In this document: positions 28,490 to 43,270 of the stretch, in pieces | How the letters are laid out: every line of letters begins with the position of its first letter | How positions within the stretch are numbered: position 1 is the first letter of the stretch | Source: Neocallimastix sp. 'constans' | Lineage: Eukaryota | NCBI GenBank assembly: GCA_050613775.1 | Contig: JBODTK010000001.1 | Coordinates: 558,001 to 622,000 of the forward strand | Direction: 5' to 3' | DNA length: 64,000 nucleotides | Program-made: the position numbers and the translations under genes | Notes under the pieces: model-generated | Seen by the model: the letters and a program-made list of their open reading frames with translations, nothing else | Told to the model about the DNA's origin: nothing | Database searches by the model: none

Positions 28490-29469
28490 ATCAGGAAAAA
28501 AAAAAATTACAAAAAAAAAATGGAAAAGAAAAAAAAAAAATAAAAAATGAAATATGAAATATGAAAGATAAAAAATGAAAAGAAAAATGAAAATGGAAAT
28601 GAAAATAAAAAAAAAAATTATAAAGTTATTTTTATATTTATATATAAAGATTTTTTTTTTCTTTCTTTCTTCTTTTTATTTATATTATAATTTTATTTAT
28701 ATATTTAAAATTCATTTTTAATTTTTTTATAAATTTTATATAATAAAAATAATATATATATTAATATATATATATATTATTTATTTATTTATTTATTTAA
28801 TTTTTAATTTTTTTTTTTTTTTTTTAATTTCATTAAAAATTTTGTTTTACCCCCTTTTTTTTTTTTTTCCTTATCATACATATTCTATTATTTTTACCAT
28901 CTTTTTTTTTTTTTTTTTCTCTATAGAAATTATTATATATTTTTTTTTTCTTTGTTTATGCATGTATATTTAATAATCATATTAAAAAAAAAAAAAAAAA
29001 AAAAAAATCAAATATAAAACAATAAAATAAATAAAAAATTATATAAAAAAAAAAAAAAAAAAAAATAATCAATATAAAACAATAAAATAAATAAAAAATT
29101 ATAAAAAAAAAAAAAAATTAAAAATAAATTTAGATAGAAAAAAAAAAAACACTTGTTTTTAATAAAATTTTATATAATTTATTAATTTTTTTTAATCATA
29201 TTATTTATTAATTTTTTAATTTTTTAATTTAACTTATTATTTATTAATTTACTAATTTATATAAGGATATATAAGTTTCGTTGCCGAGGAACTTTTTTTT
29301 TTACTAAATTTATTAAATATATTTATACACTTTATTATTATTTTTGAATATTATTATTATTATTATTATTTTTTTTTATTTCACATTACTATTTTAAATA
29401 GTATTATGTTCAAATTAAACAAATATTTATTTATTTATTTATTTATTTATTATTTTTTATTACTTCCGT

Positions 29470-29506
<37 letters not shown>

Positions 29507-29519
29507 CTTAAGTTTTAGA

Positions 29520-29552
29520 GGTGTTACAAGTCCAATACCAAAGAAATAATAA

Positions 29553-29591
<39 letters not shown>

Positions 29592-30079
29592 AAAAAGAAC
29601 TTTGATTTAAAGAGTTCCGAAGTCGTCGAAAGGTTCCATACCCTAGAGGGTTTAGCCTCAGCAGGTAAGCGAAATTTACTTTTTTTTTAAAAAAAAAAAA
29701 AAAAAAACCCATCGCTCACGCTATACCAGTCGTTTTATTGTTTTACTCTCTCTCTCCATTTTTTTTTTTTTTTTTTTTTTACAATAGGTTATCAATTCTC
29801 AAATGAAATAAATACAATATAGAAAATAATAAAAAGAAATAATAAAAAATAATAAAAAAAAAAAAAAATTAAAAATAAGAAAAATAAAAATTAATAAAAA
29901 ATAATAAAAAAATATAAAAATAAAAAAAAAAAAAAAAAAAAAAAACACTATTTTAATATGGAAAACGACTTCATCCTAAAGAGTTAACTGAAATATACTA
30001 ATACGAATTATTTGATGATTATTTTATTCATTTTATATGATTATAAAAACACTTAGCCCTGTAAAAAAAAATAAATATA

Positions 30080-30119
<40 letters not shown>

Positions 30120-32125
30120 ATAGATAGATAGATAAATAAATAAATTGGAAGATGATTACTTCAAAAAGATTCGCATATTTAACAATATAATTATATAATA
30201 GAATAATAGAACCAGGTATTTTTTTATTTTTTTTTTATTTTTTATTTTTTTTTTTTCAAAATCCATTATTTCTATCTCTGATAGTCTTCTCTAGACTAAA
30301 ATTTTATCTCGAATACTCCATATTTTAACCTTAACCTCTCTGTCTTAACTGGAATATTAATGGTTAAAAAGTCGAAAATAAAAATAAAAATAAAAATAAA
30401 AATAAAAAAAAAAAAAAAAAACATGAAGGATTTTTTTCATTTTAATTCAATTCTTAATTCCATTTACATTTTGTATTTTTCTTCAAGAATTTGATAATCA
30501 CTCATTCCTGAATTCTTTCTTTCTCTTTAATTCTCATTCTTTTTTTTTTTTTTTTTTTCTTTCTTTCAATAATTATAAAACAGTACTAATGGTTTTTTTT
30601 CAAGCCTCCTCCTTGGTAAGATTAAATTAAATTAAATGGTCTAGTCACATTTTTTTTTTGTAAAGGATAAAAAAGCATGAAGCAAATTTTCTCTCATAAT
30701 AAATTCCTATATAGTTTACTGAATGAATGAATGAATGAATTTGAACCTAATGGTAAATCTGGACTCGACTCTAATACAGAGAGTAATAAGCTTCTTATTA
30801 CATTGTTACCGTCAATGAAGTAGGTGATGAAATTCAAGTACGAGTGCCTAAAGATCTATAAAGGGTTCAATATTCCATTACCCCACTTACTTTAAGAAAT
30901 TATCTCAAGAAAGGCATTTTATTTTATAATAGAAAAAACAAAAAAAAAAAAAAAAAAAAAAAATAGATTTAAAAAATTTTTAAAGTTAAAAAGGTAAATT
31001 TATCTAACCATTAAGCATTCTATGATGTGATCTCTCCAAAAGAATATAGGTTTTTTTTTTTTTTTTTTTTTTCTGATTAATATCATTAGTGTTTAGAAGA
31101 ATTGTTTAGGATAATTAGATTTAGAAATTTGAATCATTTCCATCTGGCAAATATTTCTTCACAAATAACACTCAATGTAATTAGTCTAGACTTAAGAAAA
31201 TCCTTTAAACCTTATTACCTCACCTTTTCCAATCCCCTGGATACATTTCAGAAAAAAAAAAAAAAAAAAAAAAATAAAGCAGGTAATATTCTAGTATTCT
31301 CAAGAAGATCAACTCCACCGCTTTTTTTTTTTGTTTTTTTGTTTTTTTGTTTTGTTTTGTTGTTGTTTTGTTGTTTTGTTTTTATTTTGGCAAAACACGA
31401 TAAAGAACTTTTGCTTCTGATAATAACCAGTTACGGTCTTAATTAAAAAAAAAAAAAAATTACTAGAAAAAGAACGCTAAACATTTCCTCTTCTTCTTCT
31501 TCTTCTTTTCGGGAAATCTATGGGACATTACTCAATCTATTTCAATGTCAGAAATTCACTCTACTTTTTTTTTTTTAATGAAAATAAAAAAAAAAATTAA
31601 CAAAGCACTTGATTCTGATGGTATACCAACAGAATTTTCTTTTTTAAATTTCTTTTTTTTTTATTTTAAAAAAAGCCTTTTTTTTTTTTTCAACTCTGAG
31701 AGTAGTACCACCCTCTCAGAATGAATTCTAATCAAAAAAAAAAAAAAAAAAATTTTTTTTTTTTTTTTTTTAATTCCGATTCTGTAAAACTTCTATTTTT
31801 ATTATTTAATAAAATTTTTATGGGATGGTGACTTCCTTGAGGAATGGAAATCCTACTTCTATTGTTTCCATTCCATTTCCAATTTAATAAAAAGGGAGAT
31901 CTTTCTTTTTGTAATAATTACCGTGGGCATTTCATTCATCAAATGTAAGATTTAAAAAGGTATTAATTCGATGCTTTTTTTTTTTTTTTATTCAACATAA
32001 GCGTTCAATGTCTATCTTTTTCTCTAAAAAAAAAAAAAAAAAAAGGAAAAAGGAAAATATTCTCAATTTTTCTCTCTCTCTTTGATTTTTTTTTTTTTAA
32101 ATTGGATTAGATTAAATGTGGATTC

Positions 32126-32159
<34 letters not shown>

Positions 32160-32470
32160 CAAGCAAACAAGTAAACAAGTAAATAAACAAACCAAAACCA
32201 ACCAAAAAAAAACCATCAAACTTGATAAATCCAAAGATTTACCCCATCCTCCAATACCTCCAACCCTACTGTCTTTTTTATGATGGTGATAGTAAGTAAT
32301 AGCCTACCGACCTAATTTTTTTTTTTTTTTTTTTAAATACTTTGGATACTTATTAATAATACATTACTTTTCCTGTGATAATAACAAAGAAAAAAAAAAT
32401 TAATGTATTTTTAATAAATATTATTAAATAAAGTTTATTTCTAATCTAATTTAAAAAAAAAAAAAAAAAA
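29520..32470 (+). pseudogene. Highly degenerate, internally deleted LINE remnant (APE endonuclease, RT and 3' end); left boundary approximate
   Basis: In colinear order: WNING (30350-30364) and LQE (30481) APE-like motifs; KGDLSFCNNYRG (31892-31927); ATTAAATGTGGATTCAAA (32111-32128), identical to 11807-11824 of the younger LINE; and 3' end TATTATTAAATAAAGTTTATTTCTAATCT plus A-run (about 32419-32470), matching 12510-12538. Confidence 0.65.
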
Positions 32471-33291
32471 GAAATATCATCCTTTTTTTTTTTTTTTTTT
32501 TTAATAAAAAGATGAATAACTTACCAATAAACCTATTAATTATATCATTATTTTTTTTTAAATAATAATAATAATAATAATATTTTAAAAAAAAAAAGAA
32601 AAAATTATATATAAAAATGTAAAAAAAAAATATATATATATATATTATATATAAAAAATGTAAAGTAAAATTAGACGATCCATAGGTATTATGACCTAAA
32701 TTAAAAAAAAAAAAAAAATTAATATTCATTAAAAATTTCTTAATTTCTAATATATAAAAAAAAAAAAAAAATTAAAGTCAGCAATTAGAAAAAAATAATA
32801 TAATATATAAAGCATATTAAATTAAATCATTCAAGTGGAATAAAGAAAAAATTAAATAAAATAATTAAATAAAAATAAAAATAAAAATATAAATAAATAA
32901 AATAAATAAAATAAATAAAATAATAAAATAATAAAATAATAAAATAATAAAATAATAAAATAATAAAATAGAAAATAGTAGAAAATAATGGAAAATAAAT
33001 AGAAAATAATATAATATTAAATAAAAATATTCTGTGACATTAATTTATTTATTAATATTAATTAGTTATTAATTTTTTTTTTTTTTTTTTTTTTAAATTA
33101 ATTAAATTTTGTTATTTAAATAAAAAAAAAAAATATTTTTTAAACTTTTTTTTTAATACCTCAAAAAAAAACATATGAATTAATTTAAGCCACTTTTCAA
33201 AAAATGAAAGGATTAGAATATTTTATTAAAACTACTATTATATTCTTTTAATTGTATATTTTATTAATATTTATTTATCTATTTATTTATT

Positions 33292-33370
<79 letters not shown>

Positions 33371-33660
33371 TAATGTAAAATAGAATATCTACTTCTTTTT
33401 ATTATATATAAATAAAAGCAAGAAATAAAAATTAAAACGATTTTTAATAAAAGTAGCACGTATTTAACAAATTTACGATTTGTCATCTATAAATTCATAA
33501 CTAATTAAAACTTGAAAATCAAAAAATATTTTAATTTTTTAATTAATGGTAATAATAAAAAATTAAAAGTTTTATAAATTTATAAAATATAGATTTATAA
33601 AAGTATTTAATTATATATTTTATTAAAAAACATCTATGATATTCTATTAAAATATTAATC

Positions 33661-33694
<34 letters not shown>

Positions 33695-34279
33695 GCTTTT
33701 TTTTCATCAATTATCTCTTGAGCGTTCCACCTTTGAAATTTTAAACTTTTTAATATTTTATTAAATTGAATAGTATCATTTTACATATATAAAATATTTT
33801 ATTTTATTAATTACAAAAATCATGTGATTCTATTACGAAATGTAATAAAATGAGCCACTTCTCAAATAAAATATCACCATCAAATTTTTAAAGTTTCTTT
33901 TAAATTTCTTTTATATTTTAATTAAAAAAAATTTTTTTTTAATTTTTAAAAATTTTCATTATTTTTTAATTACGATGATGATGATGATGATGAAAAGGAA
34001 GAGAGAACGGTCAGCGGTTTGCGGTTTAAAAAAAAAAAAAAAAAAAAAAATTAATTTTTTTTTTAATTTCACTTTTTTTTTTTTTTTTTCATACTGTAAA
34101 AGAAATGTTTAGTATTGTTTTAACATTAAAAAGTTTTTTTTTTTTTTTTTTTTTTTTTTATGATAAAGTTAGATTAAAAAATAAATAAATAAATAAATAA
34201 TAATAATAATCAATTAATAAGATCATACAAGTGAAAGAGTTTTTTTTTAATTATTTATTGTGTAATTGATCCAAAAATG

Positions 34280-34566
<287 letters not shown>

Positions 34567-36119
34567 TTTATTCTTTTTTTTTTAAAAAAAAATTTTTTAA
34601 AAATTAAAAATTAAAAAAAAAATAATAATAAATAATATTTAATAAAATATATTTTTTAATCTGAAATTTCATTTATCCACATTATTTTTATATATAAAAG
34701 AAAAAAAAAGTTTCAAAATGATTTTTTTTTTTTTTTTATATTTTTTTTATAATTTTTATAACTTTTTTTTATTATTATTATTTTATTATTAATTAATTAA
34801 AAAAAAATATATTATATATTTTATATTAAAAAAATATAATAAAATAAAACTTTTTTTTTTTAATTTTTTATAAATTAAAAAAAAAATAAAAAAAAAAAAA
34901 AAAAACTGGTTGAATGAACTTTTTAATTAATTCATTCACTTTTTATTATTCACATTTATTTGAATTATTTCATTACAATTAATTAACTTTAAATTTATTT
35001 TAAAAGTCTAAAATCCAAAAAAATTTTTTTTTTCTTTTCTTATTCTATTTTTTTCTTTTTTCTTTTTTTCTTTTTCTATTTCTTTTCTTTTTTTTTTTAT
35101 TTTGTTTAATGTATATAATTATTGTATTATTATATAATCTAAATAATGCTATTATTACTATTTTTATTATTAATTTGATAATTAAAAAAATAAGTCAAAA
35201 AAAAAAAGTTTATACAAATTTATTATTTAATTAATACTATTTAAATTATTATTAATTATTAATTATTAATTATTAGTAATAAAAATTTTTTTTATTCAAT
35301 CATGAATAATAATAAAATTATTAAGTACAAAAACCAAAAAAAATTTAAATTATTTTAATTAATGTTTCAAAGATTAAAAAAAAATGTACAATTTTTAATG
35401 TACAATTTTTTTTTTAAAGAAATGTTATAAAATGTATAAAAAAAAATATATATATATTTAAAATTTATTTATATAATAAATAGAATAATTCTAATAATTA
35501 TTTAATTATTTAAATAGTTATATATAATAAATAGAACAGAGATGAATTTTAAGTTGGTTTGATTTACGGTTAGATTTACGAAAATTCTTAATATTTTTTT
35601 TTTTTTTTTAAAAATTTTTTATTTAATTTTGTTCGAGTTTTTCAATTTTGTTGATGATCGATTATCCTAAAATATTAATAATACTAATAATACTAATAAT
35701 AGTAATTCTCTTTCATTTTAATTTTTATTTTTATTTCTATTTCTATTCCTATTTATATATATTTTATTTTATTTCTTTTATTTTATTTTTTTTTTCATTA
35801 TTATTTCCTTATAAAAATAATATGATCTAAGGTTAGAATTATGAAAATTCTTTTTTTTTTTTTTTTAATTTTATTTTTTATATTTTTTTGTATTTTTTTT
35901 TTTAATTTCATTTAATTTTTTTAAGAAGGCTTTGCCTCTTTGAATTTTTGTCTGTGGCATTATTTATTAGTAATATAAATATTAATATTATTAATTTATT
36001 TAATAATAATCTTTTTCTTTTTCTGCTTTTTTTTTTTCTGTTTTTTATTTTCTTATGTTAATTGTTTTGAAAGTGTAAAAAAAAGAAAGAAAGAAAGAAA
36101 ATGATAAAAAAAATATCAA

Positions 36120-36152
<33 letters not shown>

Positions 36153-36334
36153 AGAAAAAAAAAAAAAGAGGGACTTTTTTTATTTTTTAAAATTTTATGC
36201 ATTTATTTATTGATTTTTAAGATTTTATAAGATGAGAGAGGCAACTTTAAAAACAGAAAAAAAAAAAAAAAAAAAAAACAGAAAAGTTCTCCTTCTCTTT
36301 ATTTTTCTTTTTATTATTACAATTATAATTATTA

Positions 36335-37070
36335 TTATTTATTATTTATTATTCCATTATTTATTATTTATTATTCCATTATTTATTATTTATATTATTT
36401 ATTATTCCATTATTCAATTATTTATTATTTATTATTTATTATTTATTATTTATTAATAAATACTCTTTTTATTATTTATTATTTATTTATTATTTATTAT
36501 TTATTATTTATTATTTATTATTTATTATTTATTATTTATTATTTATTATTTATTATTTATTATTTATTATTTATTATTTATTATTTATTATTCAATTATT
36601 TATTATTTATTAATAAATACTCTTTTTATTTATTTATTATTTATTATTTATTATTTATTATTTATTATTTAATTATTCAATTATTTATTATTTAATTATT
36701 TATTATTTATTATTTATTATTTATTATTTATTATTTATTATTTATTATTTATTATTTATTATTTATTATTTATTATTTATTATTTATTATTTATTATTTA
36801 TTATTTATTATTTATTATTTATTATTTATTATTTATTATTTATTAATAAATACTCTTTTTATTATTTATTATTTATTATTTATTAATAAATACTCTTTTT
36901 ATTATTTATTATTTAATTATTTAATTATTTATTATTTATTATTTATTATTTATTATTTATTATTTATTATTTATTATTTATTATTTATTATTTATTATTT
37001 AATTATTTATTATTTATTATTTATTATTTATTATTTATTATTTATTATTTATTATTTATTATTCAATTAT
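36335..37070. repeat. (TTATTAT)n heptamer satellite with interspersed TAATAAATACTCTTTT units
   Basis: Directly visible. The same composite repeat occurs at 38755-39060, and a pure heptamer tract occurs at 24310-24525. Confidence 0.85.
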
Positions 37071-40000
37071 TGATTGCTTTGTTTCATCATATAAGAATAA
37101 GAAATAGTCATGATTTCTTGAGATAAAAAAGAAAAAAAAGAATAAAAAATAAATAATTAAATAAATAAATATAAATTTATTTTTTATTATTTTTTATTTT
37201 TTATTATTTTTTATTTTTTATTATTTTTTAATATTTTTTATTTTTTATTTTTTATTATTTTTTATTATTTTTTATTTTTTTTATAAAATAAAATTTATAT
37301 CAAATGAATGAAAATCAATGATGATAATAAATTTTTATTATATATAATTAATTGATAAACTAAGAATAAAAAAAAAAAAAAAAAAAAAACTTAAAGATAA
37401 AAAAAATACAGAAAATTAAAATATTTATTTTTTTATTTTATTAAAAAAAAAAAAAAAAAGGAGTGAGGAGAAATATAATTATTTTGTAACCTTTTTAAAA
37501 AAAATATTAAAAAAAAATAATATAAAAATATAAAACTATATATATAAAAAGAATAATATTTAATCATTGAATAATTGAATAAATAATAATTAAATAATAA
37601 TTGAATAAATAATAATTAAATAATAATTAAATAATTGAATAATAATAATAATTGAATAATAATAATTGAATAATTGAATAATAATCATAATTAAATAATA
37701 ATTAAATAATTGAATAATCATGAATAAAAAGAGTATTTATTAAATAATTATTTAATAATAGAATCAATATATAAAAGAGTAAAAATGGAAATTTTTTTTT
37801 TTCTTTGTATTTATTTAATATAATTAAAATAATTTTTTTTTAGGATTTCGGTATTAAAACCACATTGAAAAAAAAAAAAATAAAAATGGTACAAAATAAA
37901 TATTAAATTTCTTTTAGAAGAAAAAAATAATGAAATAATGAAATAATAATTGAATAATAATGAAATAATGAAATAATAATTGAATAATAATTGAATAATA
38001 ATTGAATAATAATTAAATAATAATTAAATAAATAATATAAATAGTTTATATTCATTCATATTTATATATCAATAATATAATAAAATTCTTTATATATAAT
38101 TTTTTTTTAATTATATCCAGTGAAATCTCTCTTTATATGCTTTTTTTCTTATTTTTCATCTAAAATATTTATATATAAAATATTAATAAAATTTTGGTTT
38201 ATTCAATTTCATGCCTTTAACTATTCATTACTTTTATTGTTTATAATATAAAATTTTCTAAATGTAATAATAATTATTATTATTATTAGAATTATTATTA
38301 TATATATTTCATTATTTCATTATATTTTTATATTTTTATATTTTCTATATCTTATATATTTCTATATTTTATTATTTTATATTTTTTTTTGTATTTTATT
38401 ATTTTATATTTTTTTTTTGTATTTTTTTTTTGTATTTTTTTTTTTTTTTTCAAAATCAAAACCTTTTTTTTTCCTATTTGGAAAATAAAAAAAGTACCAA
38501 AAAAAAATTTTTTTTGTTTCATTTAATTTTTTTATTTGTTATTTTATTTTAATTTATTTAATTATTAAATATATTGATTCATATATATTACTCTTTCAAT
38601 TGTAATATATGAATCTTTTGTATCAATCATGATCTGGGCTGAATGGATAAATGGATAATATATTGGTAAAGCATGTTTTAAGTATGCTAAAAATTTGAAA
38701 TTTAATTCATTTATATTAAATTATTAATTATAATAAAATTTGATAATATTATTTATTTATTAATAAATACTCTTTATTATTTATTATTTATTAATAAATA
38801 CTCTTTTTATTATTTATTATTTATTAATAAATACTCTTTTTTTATTATTTATTTATTAATAAATACTCTTTTATTATTTATTATTTATTATTTATCAATA
38901 AATACTCTTTTATTATTTATTATTTATTATTTATCAATAAATACTCTTTTATTATTTATTATTTATTATTTATTAATAAATACTCTTTTATTATTTATTA
39001 TTTATTATTTATTAATAAATACTCTTTTATTATTTATTATTTATATATTATTTATTATTTAATTATTCAATTATTTAATTATTTAATTATTACCATGCAA
39101 TGTCAAACGAGTCTCAATGAATTATAATTATTTAATTTATTTAATATATGCGCCTTTCGAATGGCAATAAAAATATAAATTTATTTTGAAATAGACTAGA
39201 ATACTATTGAAATAAATAAAAGTGTATATTTTTAATATTATATCATGTAAGTAGATAGATTAATATAAATATAAATAAATATAAATAAATATGAATAAAT
39301 ATGAATAAATATAAATAAATATAAATAAATATAAATAAATATAAATAAATATAAATAAATATAAATAAATATAAATAAATATATTTATTTTTATACATGT
39401 ATTATTAAAAAAGTTAAAAAAGATGAATTGAAATATTCAAAATTATTTTTATTTATTTAATCAATGTTTATTGATAGTTCTTTATATTTATATCATATTG
39501 TTTCTAATTCATTTATATTAATAAATAATATAATAATATATTATAGAATATATTTCAAATATAATATAAATAAATAAATAATAAATAGTAAATAAATAAG
39601 TAGTTAATAAATAAATAAATAAATAAATAATCATTGAAGAGAGATGGAGACTCAACCAAAAGAAAGAGGTCGCATTTAATTAATTAAATAAATAATTAAA
39701 TAATTAATTAATTTTTAATCATTTATTTAGTAATGAAAATCTTTAATAATTTTAATAAATAATAAAAAGTGATAATAATAATAAATAAAAAGGTCATTCT
39801 CTTTATTTATATTAATTATTATTTTTACTAACATAGATTTATTGAAACTATTAATGTGGATTTCATCCTAGTATAAAATATAATTATTTATGATAGAGAG
39901 ACCATTGATATTTTATTCAAGGGAAAGAAGGATGAACCGTTTATTTTTTCATGCACACACTACACTCTTTTTTTAGTTGTTAATTTGAATAATAGTTTGA

Positions 40001-43000
40001 TATCATTATTTATTTATGATAATTTTTAAAGTATTTTTGATAACTTAAAAAATTATATTGTATTATATATTTAATTGATATCTACATAAAAATATAAATA
40101 TAATAAATATAACTAATATATAGTATAACTAATATACAGTAAATATGAATATAAATAATAAATAATATATAATAAATAATAAATAAATAATAATACATAA
40201 ATAATACATAATAGATAATAAATAATAAATAATAAATAATAAATAATATAAATAATGAATATATATGTAATTTTTTTTTTTTTTTTTTTTTTTTTTTCAA
40301 TTCGTGGTCCATCATTTTTAAGTTTTTTTTTTATTATTATTAATATTCACAATTAATTAAAGAAATTTTTAGAATTGGGCTGTGTTTCTTTTTCTTTTTT
40401 TTTTTTTTTTTAAGCAATGCATTATAATATGTAGTAATGCTATAATTTAATATAAATTATTCAATACAAACTTGTATATTACCATATATTTATATATATG
40501 CACATCAAATAATTTTATAAAATATTTGATTTATCCATAATTAATTATTCCGAAAAGGTACTGAAAAAAAAAAAAAAAAAGAAAAAAAACCTTTTTTTTT
40601 TTTTTTTATTTTCTATTAAAGAATTATATTATAGAAATATACATATTTAGAAACAATTTGGAATATTAAAAATTTTGTTATTAAATGCCTCTATATTTTA
40701 TATAGTATGGTGTATTAATAAATAGATAAATTAATAAATAAATAAATAAATAAAAATAAATCAATAAATAAATCAATAAATAAATATAAATAATTTTTTT
40801 TTAAATAAAGATATATTTATATTGAATAATATAGTAATATATAAAAGAATAATATTTAAAGTTTGTATGTAATGTTACAAATGTATTAAAAGAATTATTG
40901 TGTTCTGACAAGAGATATTAAATTAATAATAAAATTTAAAGTTAATTTCTATCTGTATAGAACATTACAAAAAAGGAATATTGGAAATTATAAAAGTTCT
41001 ATTAATTAATGCTAATAAATTTTAATATTGCAATATGTCTATATAAAGTAATTTAATATAAATAAAATTTTTAAACTTTAAAACGATAATTTAATAATTA
41101 TTTAAATTAAAAATTTATGGTTTTTTCATAGTTACACAATGTGCGTGGACATTAATGAAAATAATAAAGATTTCTATGAAATTAATTTAAATTAATAAAT
41201 AAAAAAGAAGTTATTAAATTAGATAATATATTATTTCATTATTTAAATTAATATATATTTATTAACAATTATTTAATTTTTTTTTTTAAAGAATTTAAAA
41301 TGTTAAATAAATAAATAAATAAAAAAAATATATAGAAGCTTTTTTTACTTCTTCATTTTCTTTTATTTTGACCAATAGAATACTTGAATTTTTTTTTATT
41401 TCAAAATTTTAGGAATTATGCATTAAATAATATTATCGATTTCCTTTTTTTTTTTTTTTTTTTTTAAAAAATCAAAATTTTTTATATTTAAATAATTTCT
41501 TCATTATTAGATAAAATTGAAATTTTTATGATATTTTCTATTTGATTATAATTTAAATATTATTTATTGTATATTTTTTTATAATTATTCTATTTTATTA
41601 TTAATTATAATTGTTAATGGTTTGTTACATTAAAAATAATTCTATTTAATTATTTTAATATTTTATTATATTATAATAATTTAATTTTATGCTTTTTAAT
41701 TTTTATTAATTATAGTTATTAATTGTTACATTATAATTAATATTTTATATTTTATCAAATTTATATTATATTTATTAAAATTTAAATTTTTTTTGTATTA
41801 TGTATATCCCATATACATTTTATTTTTAATATATATTAGAATAGTATTTAATTTAATGGAATGTACTAAAATTCAATATAATTTGACTTGTATTCTATTA
41901 CATTAATGTATAGTTGAAATCAATTAATGCTAATATATATCAAAATAGATTATCTATATTAAATTATTCTACTAATGAGAGAGTGTAAATTCTTTTTTTT
42001 TTTTTTTTTTTAATTAATAATAAATAAAAAAATTTTTTTTTATTATTATCTATATTATAATTAATTTATTTATATTATAATTATATATATAAAAGTACAA
42101 TTATTTTTGATGTATACATAAAAATCACATATATTATACATTTTAGTAATAATTATTATTTGATTTCCCTACCTATATTATTTAATTATCTTTAATATTA
42201 TATATTAATGATATAATTAAAATTTAATAACTTTAATTATATGTAATCCATTCCATTATTTTATTTTTCCCTTTTTTTTTTTTTTTATTATATTAAATAA
42301 TTCTTTTTGTTAAATATATAAAAGGAGAAGAAATCCTCTGGTAAAAATAGATTTACAAAAAAAAAAAAAAAAAAAAAAAAGTAATAATAATTAAAAAAAA
42401 AAAAAAAATAAGATAAAAATAAAATAAAATAAAATAGTAAATAAAATATACTAAAAAATAAAAATTATTTTTTAACTATTATTAATTCACTTTTTGTAAA
42501 AGAAAAAAAATAAAAATAAATAAATATATTAAAAAATAAAATATTTATTTAAAAAATAACAAAAAAAGAAAAAAAAAAATTACTGTATAAAAAATAATTT
42601 TAAAAAAAATAAAAAAAAAAAATAAGTAAAAATAAAATAAAGCAAAATAAAAATAATTAAGAAAAAATAGTGTAAATAAAAAAAAATAATTTTTGTAATA
42701 TTAAAAAAAAAAAAAAAAAAACAAAGTGTAAAATTAAAAAATAATAATAAAAAAACGCGAAATTATTAAAAAAAAAAAAAAAAAAATTAGTAAATAAGTA
42801 ATACATAGTTTATTTATTTTAGTACATAAAAATAGTTTATAAAAATAATTATTTTTTAAACATATAAATATTTATAGTATATTAAATTTTATTAAGTACT
42901 GTATATATTAATTAAATAATTTACCAAGAGTAAATAATTAAATTCATACTCCCTATTTATATAATATATAATATTTATATTTTTGTCTAAAAATCATTAG

Positions 43001-43270
43001 TAATATATTATTATTATTTAATTATTTATTGAAATTAAGCTATTTTATATATAACTTTTTTTTTCATGTTATTAAAATATTAAAATTATTTATTTAACAA
43101 AACAATATAACAAATAGTAATATAAATAATAATAATAGTTAATTAATATCTATTATAAAAATAAGAAATATTGTAATATTTAAATATTACTTTTTTTAAA
43201 AAAGAAAAAAATTATTTATTAAAAAATTTTGTATAATATTTTATTTGTAAAGTAAAAAAAAATTGTTAAA

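Noticed and set aside
39105..39680. Short inverted matches (GAGTCTC/GAGACTC, TGCG/CGCA)
   Set aside because: The order of segments is inconsistent with a simple inverted repeat; probably chance or an unresolvable relic.
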